From assembly GCA_041640075.1 (NCBI GenBank), contig JBEQAY010000007.1, positions 1 through 36,429 of the forward strand: DNA of 36,429 bases, given 5' to 3'. Source of the DNA: Candidatus Nanohaloarchaea archaeon. GTDB taxonomy: Archaea > Nanohalarchaeota > Nanosalinia > Nanosalinales > Nanosalinaceae. The notes under the pieces are model-generated. The model worked only from the letters and a program-made list of their open reading frames with translations, ran no database searches and was not told where the DNA came from. The position numbers were made by a program, and so were the translations under genes. Shown piece after piece: positions 18,989 through 28,068 of the stretch (positions are counted from its first letter, which is position 1; each line of letters opens with the position of its first letter).

Positions 18989-19063
18989 TAGCGGGGCGTG
19001 GATTTGAACCACGGACCTCCGGGTTATGAGCCCGACGAGCACTCCTGGCTGCTCCACCCCGCT
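18989..19063 (-). tRNA. Initiator tRNA-Met(CAT)
   Basis: AGCGGGGTGGAGCAGCCAGGAGTGCTCGTCGGGCTCATAACCCGGAGGTCCGTGGTTCAAATCCACGCCCCGCTA; A1-U72 pair and GGG/CCC in the anticodon stem. Confidence 0.96.
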
Positions 19064-19174
19064 ATCTTTTCGGTAGAACCTGTAACTAGAAATCAGTCTG
19101 TGAGTTTTTTAAACCATAACGTGTTCTGGTATTTTTCATTGGGTTTATACCTGTGTTGACTAAATCTTTGAGTT

Positions 19175-19837
19175 ATGACCAAGGTTTTGGGGATTGATGA
19201 AGCTGGGAGAGGTCCTGTTATCGGAAGTATGTTTATAGGAGGATTCCTGGTTGACGAAGAGGATACGGCTGAGCTTGAAGCGCTCGGGGTTAAAGACTCC
19301 AAGAAACTTTCTGATATGAAAAGAGAGGATATACGAAGTAAACTAGGAGCTGTAGGGGATATATTCATAGAGGAATTCACGGCTTCGTCTATTGATAACA
19401 TGATGGACGTTATGACCATAAACGAGATCGAGTTAAAGGGTTTTGCAGATGTTATAGACAGAGCTGAGCCAGATAAGGTTATAATGGATCTTCCGGAACC
19501 TGATGCAGAGAGATTTATCGGTAAAGTCAAAGATTTGATGGATATCGATCATCACGAGGTAGAGTTCGTTGCTGAGCACGGAGCTGACGACAAGTACCCT
19601 GTTGTTTCTGCTGCGTCGATTATAGCAAAGAGCGCACGCGAGTCACATATAGAGGATCTTCATTCGAAGTACGGCTATGATTTTGCCTCAGGATATCCGC
19701 ATGACAAGCCGACTATAGAATTTATAGAAAGATACATTGAACAGGAGGGAGAACTTCCTTCAGAGACCAGGAAAAGCTGGAGCACTGCTCAAAGGCTTAT
19801 GAAGCAGAGTAAGCAGAACTCTCTAGGCGATTTTTGA
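19175..19837 (+). CDS. rnhB: Ribonuclease HII
   Basis: GIDEAGRGPVIG, VKDSKKL, VSAASIIAK, SGYPHD, C-terminal PIP-box-like QNSLGDF. Confidence 0.97.
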   Translation: MTKVLGIDEAGRGPVIGSMFIGGFLVDEEDTAELEALGVKDSKKLSDMKREDIRSKLGAVGDIFIEEFTASSIDNMMDVMTINEIELKGFADVIDRAEPDKVIMDLPEPDAERFIGKVKDLMDIDHHEVEFVAEHGADDKYPVVSAASIIAKSARESHIEDLHSKYGYDFASGYPHDKPTIEFIERYIEQEGELPSETRKSWSTAQRLMKQSKQNSLGDF

Positions 19838-19871
19838 TAAATTCTTATTATTTGGGCCTTAAGACACAACT

Positions 19872-20426
19872 ATGCACTTTGACATGGCAATGGAAAGAGG
19901 TGAGTACGGTGCTGGAGAGGGAGAGTTTTTCCGGGTGGAAGCTGTATCTGAAGATCTAGATGTTATATTCCATAGTGCTAAAGAAGGAAGCTACGATTTC
20001 TTCGCGAGGAGGCCTGTCGACATGAGTAATGATGATTTTCTTGAGGAAGTTTACGATGATCCGGAGGTCTATCCCAGCTCTGAGGTCACTGTGTGCCCGG
20101 ATTTCCCGATTAGTGAGGGACCTTACCAGAATGTACCTCTGACGTTTTACGCAGCCAGAACCAGAGAGGAAAGGAACTCAGATGCTATAGTAGAGGTTTC
20201 ACTAGATGAAAATATTTCCGATGAAAAAATGAGATGGGTCAATCTTGAGCAAGATCCTGCTATTGACGAACCTTCATACAGCGGAGAAATCTGGTACATC
20301 GGACCGGAACCAGACTTGGAGACTATCACAAGATACTTCTCGCAAGAACCTCTTCAGGAACAGGAAGCAGAGCAGCTTACCGGTGAGATGACTCAGGTAC
20401 TGGAAGAATGCGGTCCAGATTTTTGA
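19872..20426 (+). CDS. Hypothetical acidic protein (possible ADP-ribosyltransferase fold)
   Basis: Clean 184-aa ORF with an upstream TTATTAT box; fold suggestion is only from motif order (see findings). Confidence 0.65.
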   Translation: MHFDMAMERGEYGAGEGEFFRVEAVSEDLDVIFHSAKEGSYDFFARRPVDMSNDDFLEEVYDDPEVYPSSEVTVCPDFPISEGPYQNVPLTFYAARTREERNSDAIVEVSLDENISDEKMRWVNLEQDPAIDEPSYSGEIWYIGPEPDLETITRYFSQEPLQEQEAEQLTGEMTQVLEECGPDF

Positions 20427-20480
20427 ATCGTTCGGATTTCTCATACAGCTAAAAAACTTCGCCATAAATCCTTCAATATC

Positions 20481-21026
20481 ATGACTGATAAACCTGAAGG
20501 AGTATTTGTGGACAGCAGAGTGCTGGTGAGAGATGAGGAGGACGCTGAAGAAGTTTTCAGCGAGCATTATTACGGCAAGTATAACGAAGATGTCTTGGAG
20601 CTCTCACTGGTTGAAGCATACCATTTGATGGACAGAGATCTCCTGAAGGTGAAAGAAGAAGGTAGTGAAATCAGTGAGGAAGAAGCTTTGGAAATTTTCG
20701 CTAATGAGGACTCCGAGTTCTATCACAAGCTTCAGGCTTACTCAGATCTCAGGGAGAGAGGTTTTATAGTTAAAACAGGATTCAAGTTTGGAGCTCATTT
20801 CCGTGTATACCCTAGAGGTGTTAACCCTTATGAAGAAGGCCCAAAAAAGCAGGAACAGCATACCAAGTGGGTTGTCCATGCAGTACCAGAGGATGAGGAG
20901 TTAAGTTTCTCTGAGATGTCTCGTGCAGTCCGGCTGGCGCAGAACATCCGTGCTACAATGCTCTGGGCTGTAGTTGATTCTGAATCAGGGGTTACGTACT
21001 ACGAGGTCGAGAGAAAAACTCCTTAA
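20481..21026 (+). CDS. endA: tRNA intron endonuclease (single unit, about 180 aa)
   Basis: LSLVEAYHL, YSDLRERGFIVKTGFKFGAHFRVY, H in EQHTKW, AVVD..SGVTYY. Confidence 0.93.
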   Translation: MTDKPEGVFVDSRVLVRDEEDAEEVFSEHYYGKYNEDVLELSLVEAYHLMDRDLLKVKEEGSEISEEEALEIFANEDSEFYHKLQAYSDLRERGFIVKTGFKFGAHFRVYPRGVNPYEEGPKKQEQHTKWVVHAVPEDEELSFSEMSRAVRLAQNIRATMLWAVVDSESGVTYYEVERKTP

Positions 21027-21061
21027 GAAAAATTCCGTATACTGGAAAAGTTTCTGGAATT

Positions 21062-22060
21062 TTACTGGAATATACTTACTCTAGCTCTTCCGCCGTGTTT
21101 TTCTCTTAGTTTCTTGCCGATGAAGATACCGGCTGCAAGTCCTGCCAGGTGTGCGGAGCTTGCGAATCCTCCGATAACAGGAAGTGTTGTGCCTGCCATC
21201 TTGGCGAGTAGGTTGACTGTTTCCAGAGCACCAAAGAATTTCACAGCAGTCTGAATCTTCATAGGGATAACAAAGTAGAGCAGTACTTCCGAGTCGGGGT
21301 AGAGCATTGCTACGGCTCCTACTGCTGCGACAACTGCTCCTGAGGCACCTACTGCTGGGCTAAGTGTCGGAAGTCCTGATATGGCGGCGCCGTGAAGCAG
21401 GTAGAGCAGGTTGCTGAAGACTATGTAGGCTATGCTTGCGATTAGGCCTGTCCCGATGTAGAACTTGAGGAAATCCCGGCTTCCGATGCTTTTCTCAAGT
21501 GCTGCTCCGAAGAAGTACAGTGTCACCATGTTTGCGAAAAGATGGATCATACTGCCGTGTGCAAGCATCACGGTCAGGATTCCCCATGGCTGGTTGAGCA
21601 GGGTTGGTTCGTACCCCAGTACTCCAGCGGCCATGTCATGTAGGGGAAGGTTTGCACCTATTGCCGAAGCTGTTTCCACGTTCGGGAACAGCATCATGCT
21701 GTACTTGAAGACAGGGACCATTTCGCCGACGAAGAACAGTAGAGATGTTACAAGTATTATTGAAAGAGTATAGTTGTTTTTCAGCGTGTATTTGATGTCT
21801 GAAAGTAGGCCGGGAGTTGATTTAGTGCTCGTAGTTGTTTCGCTTTTGATATCTCTGTCTTTGAACCATTTCTCGCTCTGCTGTGAACTTGATTCTTCTG
21901 TTTCCTGCTTCTCATCCGGCATATACTCCTCTTTTTTACCGGATTCCAGTCCTTCACAGTCATGGTTCTCCGGTAACCGGTGTTCTGAACAGAATTTTTC
22001 ACCGCAGTAGTGGCAGGTAAAGCTCATCGTCTGCTTGCCACACTCGGAGCACTTGGCCAT
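21062..22060 (-). CDS. Rhomboid intramembrane serine protease with N-terminal AN1-type zinc finger
   Basis: CSECG..FTCHYCGEKFCSEHRLPENHDC; HLFANM, GASG, AHLAG. Confidence 0.92.
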   Translation of the reverse strand: MAKCSECGKQTMSFTCHYCGEKFCSEHRLPENHDCEGLESGKKEEYMPDEKQETEESSSQQSEKWFKDRDIKSETTTSTKSTPGLLSDIKYTLKNNYTLSIILVTSLLFFVGEMVPVFKYSMMLFPNVETASAIGANLPLHDMAAGVLGYEPTLLNQPWGILTVMLAHGSMIHLFANMVTLYFFGAALEKSIGSRDFLKFYIGTGLIASIAYIVFSNLLYLLHGAAISGLPTLSPAVGASGAVVAAVGAVAMLYPDSEVLLYFVIPMKIQTAVKFFGALETVNLLAKMAGTTLPVIGGFASSAHLAGLAAGIFIGKKLREKHGGRARVSIFQ

Positions 22061-22087
22061 GAATCAGCTTTGCCATGTAGCTTTTTA

Positions 22088-22348
22088 TCAATCTTCGTAC
22101 AGTAGCTCCTCAGCAGCACCGGTCATATCGCCGTCGAAAGAGTCGTGCCAGTTCTCCGCATAACCTACAGGATCGTAGAAACGGCTTTTGCTGTTATAAG
22201 TGTCTTCATAGGCCTGTGCAAACTCTACTGCGTTACTGTAATCATCGAAAAGATGTTCAACTTCACCTGCGGTCTCAAGGACCTCGTCAGAATGCCTTCT
22301 ATTTACTAGATTCTGCTCAAGCTCTTCTATCTCATCAATAGCTGACAT
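22088..22348 (-). CDS. Small acidic hypothetical protein
   Basis: 86-aa ORF filling the gap between glyS and the rhomboid gene; host-like composition. Confidence 0.7.
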   Translation of the reverse strand: MSAIDEIEELEQNLVNRRHSDEVLETAGEVEHLFDDYSNAVEFAQAYEDTYNSKSRFYDPVGYAENWHDSFDGDMTGAAEELLYED

Positions 22349-22400
22349 GCAATACAGAACGTTTAGACGAGCCTAAAAATAAAAATATGGAGAGGGATTT

Positions 22401-24110
22401 TCAGGAAAGATGTTCAGCAAGCTCCTCGATACTGACTCTTTCCTGTTCCGTTGAGTCGCGGTCACGTACAGTGACGGTCTCCGGTTCATCCTCAAGTGTC
22501 TCGTAGTCTACAGTTACGCAGACAGGTGTTCCTACCTCGTCCTGGCGTCTGTAACGTCGACCGATGTTCCCTGTGTCGTCGTACTTGACCGAGAATCCTT
22601 CGTCCCGCAAAAGATCTGCGACCTCTCGGGCTTTCTCACCTAGGCCCTCCTTATCCATCAAAGGGAAGACGGCAACTTCTGTAGGAGCCACTTCCTCGTT
22701 CAGATGCATCACTGTTCTCTCCTCACCGTCCACCTCGTCCTCATCGTAGGAATGTGCCAGGACGGTGTAAACCATCCTATCGATACCGAACGAAGGTTCC
22801 ACAACATGAGGAAGAATATGCTCTCCATTCTTCTCTATCTCTTTCTCCTCAAAGTTGCATTTATCGGAAGGAACTGAGAAAGTCTCTCCTTCAACCTCCA
22901 CTAAAATCTTGTCTGCTTCAAAGGCTTCAGGTTCTTCCTCAGCAAGCTCTTCAAGTTTTTCCGCGATCTTACCTGCTTTATCACCAAACTCCGGACCCAG
23001 GTAACCCATATCAGGACTGACGGTATTTTTCTCTACAGTCTTTGGCTCATCGTACTCCTTGAATATTGTGTAATCTTCTCTGGAGTACTCATCGTGTTTT
23101 GAGAGATCGTAACAGCCTCTGTACGCGAAACCAGTGATTTCGATCCAGTCGCCGTCAACCTGGCTTTCTGCGTCCCAGCAATCCGAAGCGTAGTGGGAAA
23201 GTTCATCGTTCTGATGCTGTCGGAACCGGAAACGCTCCATATCCACACCGACGGATTCATACCACTGCTTGGCGATACCCAGATAGTAAGCGATCCACTC
23301 GGACTCTACAATATCTTCCTCAACAGATTCCCTTACAGTCATTCTCTGAACACTTCCATCCTCTTTGCTCTGCTCTTCACGGCTGTAAAGCTTCAGCTCG
23401 ACATCCTCAACATTCTCGATAGGAGGTTCGTCTTCTTCCGGATCGATGAAGTGCTCAAGTTCGGCCTGAGTCAGTTCTCGCACACGGACAAGGCCTTTTC
23501 TGGGACTGATTTCGTTCCTGTATGCTTTTCCGATCTGGATGATTCCGAAAGGCAGCTGGTTCCGTGCGTATTCCTTCAGTCGTGGGAACTCCACGAAGAT
23601 TCCCTGCGCTGTCTCTGGTCTCAGGTAGCCTGGCTGTCCGGATCCAGGGCCTATGCTGGTTTCGAACATCAGGTTAAAGTCCTCTACAGCTACGTCGGAA
23701 AGGTTCTCGCCGCAGCTGGGGCATACAAGGTTATGTTCCTTGATCAGGTTCTCTATCTTTTCATTGGAGAATGCCTCAGCCTCGTCTATCTCTGTATTAT
23801 CTTCCACAAGGTGATCGGCTCTACTGGAGGCACCGCACTCTGGACATTCTATTATCATGTCGTCAAAGGTGTCCAGGTGTCCTGAAGCCTCGAAAACCGG
23901 TTCAGGCATAACTGTTGGTGCCTCGATCTCTCGATGGCCAAGTCCGCGGGAGAAGGTCTTTCTCCACGAGTTCTCTATTTTTCTTTTTACTTCTGCGCCT
24001 TCAGGTCCGAATGTCTGGAAGCCTGCTACGCCGCCGTATGCCTCGCTGCTCTGGAAGAAGAAACCCCGTCTCTTCGACAGCTCGGCTACTTTCTCAGTTA
24101 AGTTTTCCAT
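22401..24110 (-). CDS. glyS: Glycyl-tRNA synthetase (archaeal/eukaryal alpha2 type)
   Basis: KRRGFF, LRPETAQG, YRNEISPR, VVEPSFGIDR, IGRRYRRQDEVGTP; own TATAAAAA about 25 nt upstream. Confidence 0.97.
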   Translation of the reverse strand: MENLTEKVAELSKRRGFFFQSSEAYGGVAGFQTFGPEGAEVKRKIENSWRKTFSRGLGHREIEAPTVMPEPVFEASGHLDTFDDMIIECPECGASSRADHLVEDNTEIDEAEAFSNEKIENLIKEHNLVCPSCGENLSDVAVEDFNLMFETSIGPGSGQPGYLRPETAQGIFVEFPRLKEYARNQLPFGIIQIGKAYRNEISPRKGLVRVRELTQAELEHFIDPEEDEPPIENVEDVELKLYSREEQSKEDGSVQRMTVRESVEEDIVESEWIAYYLGIAKQWYESVGVDMERFRFRQHQNDELSHYASDCWDAESQVDGDWIEITGFAYRGCYDLSKHDEYSREDYTIFKEYDEPKTVEKNTVSPDMGYLGPEFGDKAGKIAEKLEELAEEEPEAFEADKILVEVEGETFSVPSDKCNFEEKEIEKNGEHILPHVVEPSFGIDRMVYTVLAHSYDEDEVDGEERTVMHLNEEVAPTEVAVFPLMDKEGLGEKAREVADLLRDEGFSVKYDDTGNIGRRYRRQDEVGTPVCVTVDYETLEDEPETVTVRDRDSTEQERVSIEELAEHLS

Positions 24111-24147
24111 ACAGAAACACCGGAGCTGGAAGTTTTTATAGCAGAAG

Positions 24148-24251
24148 CTAAGGTTTTAGAATTATTTTCAGTAGAAGCACGTGCTGTACTTCTCGGTGCG
24201 TATTCCTGATAGAACACGCGAGAGTCCAAAACGTCCACCCTTAGTTGTCAT
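24148..24251 (-). ncRNA. Candidate small structured RNA / mini-ORF, copy 1 of the GGGTGGACG..TTTGGA motif
   Basis: TTTTAAG box upstream; CTAAG/CTTAG stem, 7-nt bulge GGTGGAC, GTTTTGGA/TCTAAAAC stem, inner GCGTGTTCT/GGAATACGC hairpin; ORF 24251-24168 MTTKGGRFGLSRVLSGIRTEKYSTCFY. Confidence 0.45.
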
Positions 24252-24362
24252 GGTGTCCACAGCCTACAATTAGCTGGTTATTCTTAAAACTCTATCCTGG
24301 TCGACGCTCGTGTAAATGCTTAAAAACGAGCAGAGTAATACATCGTAATATCAGCGGTTGCT

Positions 24363-25541
24363 ATGAAAGGGATTGATGAAATCGACCTAGAAGGGTCAAC
24401 TGTTTTACTAAGAACTGATCTCAACCTACCGGTTGAAGATGGCGAACCAAGGAAAACAGTAAGATTCGAAAGATACATGGAAACTATCCGGAAACTGAGT
24501 GAAGAAGGCGCCCGCACAGTTGTAGCAGCCCATCAGGGACGCCCAGCCAGACAGGACTTCATATCTCTTGAAAAGCATGCTGAAATGATTTCAGATGGCC
24601 TTGGACAGGATGTAAACTTTGTGCAGTCGTTCTTTGGCTCCCAGCTTGGTGACGCCGTGGCCTCCATGGGAAACGGCGATGTAACACTTCTTGAAAACGT
24701 CCGCTTCCTGTCGGAGGAACTTCAAAACGTTGGACCGAAACAGCACTCAGAAGATTACTTCGTCCAGAGCATGGCTTGCTACTTCGACTACTTCGTCGAC
24801 GATGCGTTCTCCGCAGCACACCGCTCACATGCTTCGATGGTTGGATTTACACCTCTTATCGATTCCTATGCCGGGCCGATAATGAAGAGAGAGCTGGAAA
24901 ACTGTGACATGGTTAAAGAAGAATTTGAAGATGGAGTACTGGTTTTAGGGGGAGAGAAGCCTTCAGACATAATAGGAATGATGAAACACATGATTGAAGA
25001 CGTTGAAAAAGTTTTACTTGGTGGGATCCCTGGAGAACTTGCATTAAATATCAAAGGACACAGTCTAGGCCAGAAAAAGGACTGGATAAGGCGCAATAAT
25101 TTTGATGCCAGTGCAGATGAACTTGAAGAACTTCTCGAAGAGCATGAGGATAAAATAGTACTTCCAGAAGATCTGAGGACTTCCTCCGGTGTCTACAGTC
25201 CTGAAGACGTACCTGAAGACGAGATGACCTGGGATATAGGGGATAAGACCATGGAAAAGTACTCTGAAGTGATAGAAAATTCTGAGGCAGTGGTCATGAA
25301 AGGTCCGATGGGTGCGTTCGAGGATCATCCGCAGGGATCGCAGAGTATCGTGGATGCACTGGCAGAATCGGGTGGCTTCACAGTTATGGGTGGTGGTCAC
25401 ACGTCTTCACTTGTTGACAGGTTTGGGCATGAACTGGAGGACTTCTCGCACGTCTCTATTGCAGGAGGAGCCTTCGTACGGTACATGAGCGGTGAGGAAC
25501 TACCGGCGGTGAAGGCTCTCCAACAAAGTGGCAACAAATAA
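24363..25541 (+). CDS. pgk: Phosphoglycerate kinase
   Basis: LLRTDLNLP, AHQGRP, LLENVRF, DAFSAAHRSHAS, GPMGAFE, GGGHT, HVSIAGGA. Confidence 0.96.
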   Translation: MKGIDEIDLEGSTVLLRTDLNLPVEDGEPRKTVRFERYMETIRKLSEEGARTVVAAHQGRPARQDFISLEKHAEMISDGLGQDVNFVQSFFGSQLGDAVASMGNGDVTLLENVRFLSEELQNVGPKQHSEDYFVQSMACYFDYFVDDAFSAAHRSHASMVGFTPLIDSYAGPIMKRELENCDMVKEEFEDGVLVLGGEKPSDIIGMMKHMIEDVEKVLLGGIPGELALNIKGHSLGQKKDWIRRNNFDASADELEELLEEHEDKIVLPEDLRTSSGVYSPEDVPEDEMTWDIGDKTMEKYSEVIENSEAVVMKGPMGAFEDHPQGSQSIVDALAESGGFTVMGGGHTSSLVDRFGHELEDFSHVSIAGGAFVRYMSGEELPAVKALQQSGNK

Positions 25542-25613
25542 AAACATGGACGCGTGTACTCTACATATGACTGAAGAATCAGGTTCTTCTACTTCTCAAT
25601 GTTTCAGTCGCCG

Positions 25614-25823
25614 CTATAGCTATTGAAAATCCTTTTTCTCTACAATCGCTCCAGCTGTCTCTATGACAATAGAAAACAACTCTGGTATATGCATTTTTGA
25701 TGTAACGTACACAGCGGTAGCTGCAAGTTCTCCAGAAGACTTTGGAGAGAACTTGCCGCTTGTGGCTGGAGCAAAATGGAGTCCGTACAGTTATGGAAGA
25801 TACTGGAACTATCTCGGCTACAG
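25614..25823 (-). ncRNA. Candidate ~210-nt multibranch structured RNA
   Basis: Nested helices CTGTAGC/GCTATAG, GCTCCAGC/GCTGGAGC, GCAAGTTCTC/GAGAACTTGC; G-U pairs favour the minus strand; TTTAAAAA box 26 nt upstream. Confidence 0.45.
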
Positions 25824-25931
25824 TATAAACTCTGATAGTCTTCTACGGTTTTTAAAGATCTAAATTTATCTTTTGAAGTCTATAAGACAAGCTTAGGCTT
25901 TTAAAGTTTTTTTACAATATTTTACAGTACT

Positions 25932-27293
25932 ATGCCAGATATTGAAGAGGCTCTTCAGTCTGAAGAAGAGCAGAGTATGCGTGAAGCCTTTGAAAACCAG
26001 GCAGAGGAAGTACTGGAGAACGAGGAACGCTATCGAAAGAGCTACAGTGATTTCAGGATCGGCCTGGAGACGGAGTACCCTGTCGTCAATGAGGAACTTG
26101 AGCCTGTTGATCCCGAGGTCCGGAACCAGGTAATAGAGGGCCTGGATTTTGCGGACGTCGAGGTAGGAGGTTCTCAGGTCGAGGTACGGACAGACCCAAT
26201 GCGTCCTGACAGCCTTGAGCAGCTTGAAAGCGAGATAAGGTTGATTGAACAGGATCTGCGTGACGAGGCCGCGGTGAGAGGGGTAGAGGTCCTGAGATCC
26301 GGGACACATCCCTTCATTGACCTGGATTCGATACCGACGACGGACAAGCCGAAGTACGACGAGGTTCCTGGTTTCCACGACACCCACCGCGGTGAACACG
26401 TCCAAGACAGCTTCGGGAAGGTCGAGAGCATAGATCCGCGCGACGCGAATCTGGCCGCAGTGATAAACTCTACGCAGACCAACGTCGAGGCGCCGGACTT
26501 CGAGACGGCGGTCGACAGAGCCAACACCACCTACATGATCTCGCCTTTCATGTCCGCTATCTCCTCGAACGCAAGGTTCGTCGACAGCAAGGACACAGGC
26601 TTCAGCGATGTCAGGATGCCGCTCTGGGAGAAAAGCCACGACATCCGAACAGATGAAGAACTCGGCGAGGAACCTGTCGAGGCCGGGAAACTGGAGTCGT
26701 ACTACGACGATCTGGAGGACTACTTCTCACGTCTCAGGGATCAGCCGTTCATCCTTCACGAGGAGGAAGCGGCTCTGGACATAGGAATCGGTACGTTCTG
26801 GAAGGATTCCAGGATAAAGTTCAAGCAGGAGCCGGAGAACGACAGGTACGACGCGATAGTCGAGTCACGGGTCGTCTCCACCCAGCCGACTATACCTGAA
26901 GAGATCGCGATGCACGGCTTCCACGTCGGAAGACTCGCCTACAGCGAGATGGAAGAGCTCCATGGTGAGGGCGGAGAAGACCTCATGGACATCGAGAAAG
27001 TTAATAGGAACCGTTACGCCGCGATGCACAACGGCCTCAACACCAGGCTCTACGGCACCGACGGAGAGCTCCGCGACGCGACAGAGGTCCTGGAAGAAGA
27101 GCTCGAGAAGGCGGAAATCGGCCTTGAATATGCAGGAATAGAAGATACAGGCTACATGGACTTGCTTTACGACCGGCTTGATGAAGGGACTCCTGCTGAT
27201 ATGATGGCCGAAGGTTTCAATAATGCCCGTCAGGAAGGACTGGATAGAGAGCAGGCTCTGAAGAGGGGTCTGGACTACCAGGTGAAAAAATGA
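25932..27293 (+). CDS. Glutamate-cysteine ligase family 2 (GCS2)-like carboxylate-amine ligase, paralog 1
   Basis: RIGLETEY, QVEVRTDP, GTHP, STQTN, SSNARF, RMPLWE, VESRV, NRYAAMHNGL. Confidence 0.82.
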   Translation: MPDIEEALQSEEEQSMREAFENQAEEVLENEERYRKSYSDFRIGLETEYPVVNEELEPVDPEVRNQVIEGLDFADVEVGGSQVEVRTDPMRPDSLEQLESEIRLIEQDLRDEAAVRGVEVLRSGTHPFIDLDSIPTTDKPKYDEVPGFHDTHRGEHVQDSFGKVESIDPRDANLAAVINSTQTNVEAPDFETAVDRANTTYMISPFMSAISSNARFVDSKDTGFSDVRMPLWEKSHDIRTDEELGEEPVEAGKLESYYDDLEDYFSRLRDQPFILHEEEAALDIGIGTFWKDSRIKFKQEPENDRYDAIVESRVVSTQPTIPEEIAMHGFHVGRLAYSEMEELHGEGGEDLMDIEKVNRNRYAAMHNGLNTRLYGTDGELRDATEVLEEELEKAEIGLEYAGIEDTGYMDLLYDRLDEGTPADMMAEGFNNARQEGLDREQALKRGLDYQVKK

Positions 27294-28045
27294 AGACAGA
27301 AGTTCTGGGAGAAGGAGAACCTGAGTACGCCGTAGTGACATGTATACACGGAGAGGAGAGCTGTGGCTGGGAAGCAGTCCAGAAGTTCAAGGAATCCGGA
27401 CATGATCTCAGGGAACCTCTCAAGGTTATCCTTGCGAACGAGAAAGCCTTTGAGCTCGGAGAGAGATACGTTGAAGTCGACATGAACAGGGTTTTCCCTG
27501 GAGATCCGGAGAGCAGTCTCTACGAGGAGAGAATGGCTTACAAGCTTGAAAGAGAGCTGGAAGGACTGAAGGTGCTGGATATACATTCCACTGTTTCCCG
27601 GGAAGCACCCTTTGGAATCATAGTCAGCAACAACAGCGAAGAGGTAGATCTTGCGAAGTCTGCGGGAATCCAGCAGCTGGTGGATATGAGCTACGTTGGA
27701 GGAATGAGCCCTGAAATCTGTTCAGTGACTGTAGAGCTCTCAAGGACTTCAGGGAATCCTGCAGAAGATGCATATGATCTTCTGGTTAACTTTCTCGCTG
27801 CAGAAGGTTTGATCGACGCAGAATTTGAACGAAGCAATCCTGAGTTCTTCAAGGTCTACGCGAAAGAAGAGGGTTCGGGATACGAATTCCTGGCCTCAAA
27901 CTTCCAGAAAGTGGAGGAAGGCGAAGTGTATGCCGAAAAAAGCGACAGCCAGAAAGTCGCTGAACAGGATTTCTACCCGGTACTGATGTCGACAGATGGA
28001 TATGACGATATGATCGGGTTCAAGGCCCGGAAGAGAGATATTTAA
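27290..28045 (+). CDS. Succinylglutamate desuccinylase/aspartoacylase (AstE/AspA, M14-like) zinc deacylase
   Basis: HGEE, DMNRVFPG, LDIHS, VTVEL; ATGA overlap with ligase 1. Confidence 0.88.
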   Translation: MKTEVLGEGEPEYAVVTCIHGEESCGWEAVQKFKESGHDLREPLKVILANEKAFELGERYVEVDMNRVFPGDPESSLYEERMAYKLERELEGLKVLDIHSTVSREAPFGIIVSNNSEEVDLAKSAGIQQLVDMSYVGGMSPEICSVTVELSRTSGNPAEDAYDLLVNFLAAEGLIDAEFERSNPEFFKVYAKEEGSGYEFLASNFQKVEEGEVYAEKSDSQKVAEQDFYPVLMSTDGYDDMIGFKARKRDI

Positions 28046-28068
28046 ATTTTCACCGACAAGGTTCTAGT

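Noticed and set aside
21062..22060. AN1 zinc finger fused to rhomboid as a novelty
   Set aside because: This architecture is already known from haloarchaeal rhomboids
25546..25626. 26-aa ORF right after pgk (MDACTLHMTEESGSSTSQCFSRRYSY) as a possible precursor peptide
   Set aside because: Lacks the GGR motif and has no independent support; an ORF of this length is expected by chance
25663..25863. 66-aa plus-strand ORF (MTIENNSG...)
   Set aside because: No recognisable motif, non-acidic composition, and it overlaps the candidate structured RNA; not called, though not excluded
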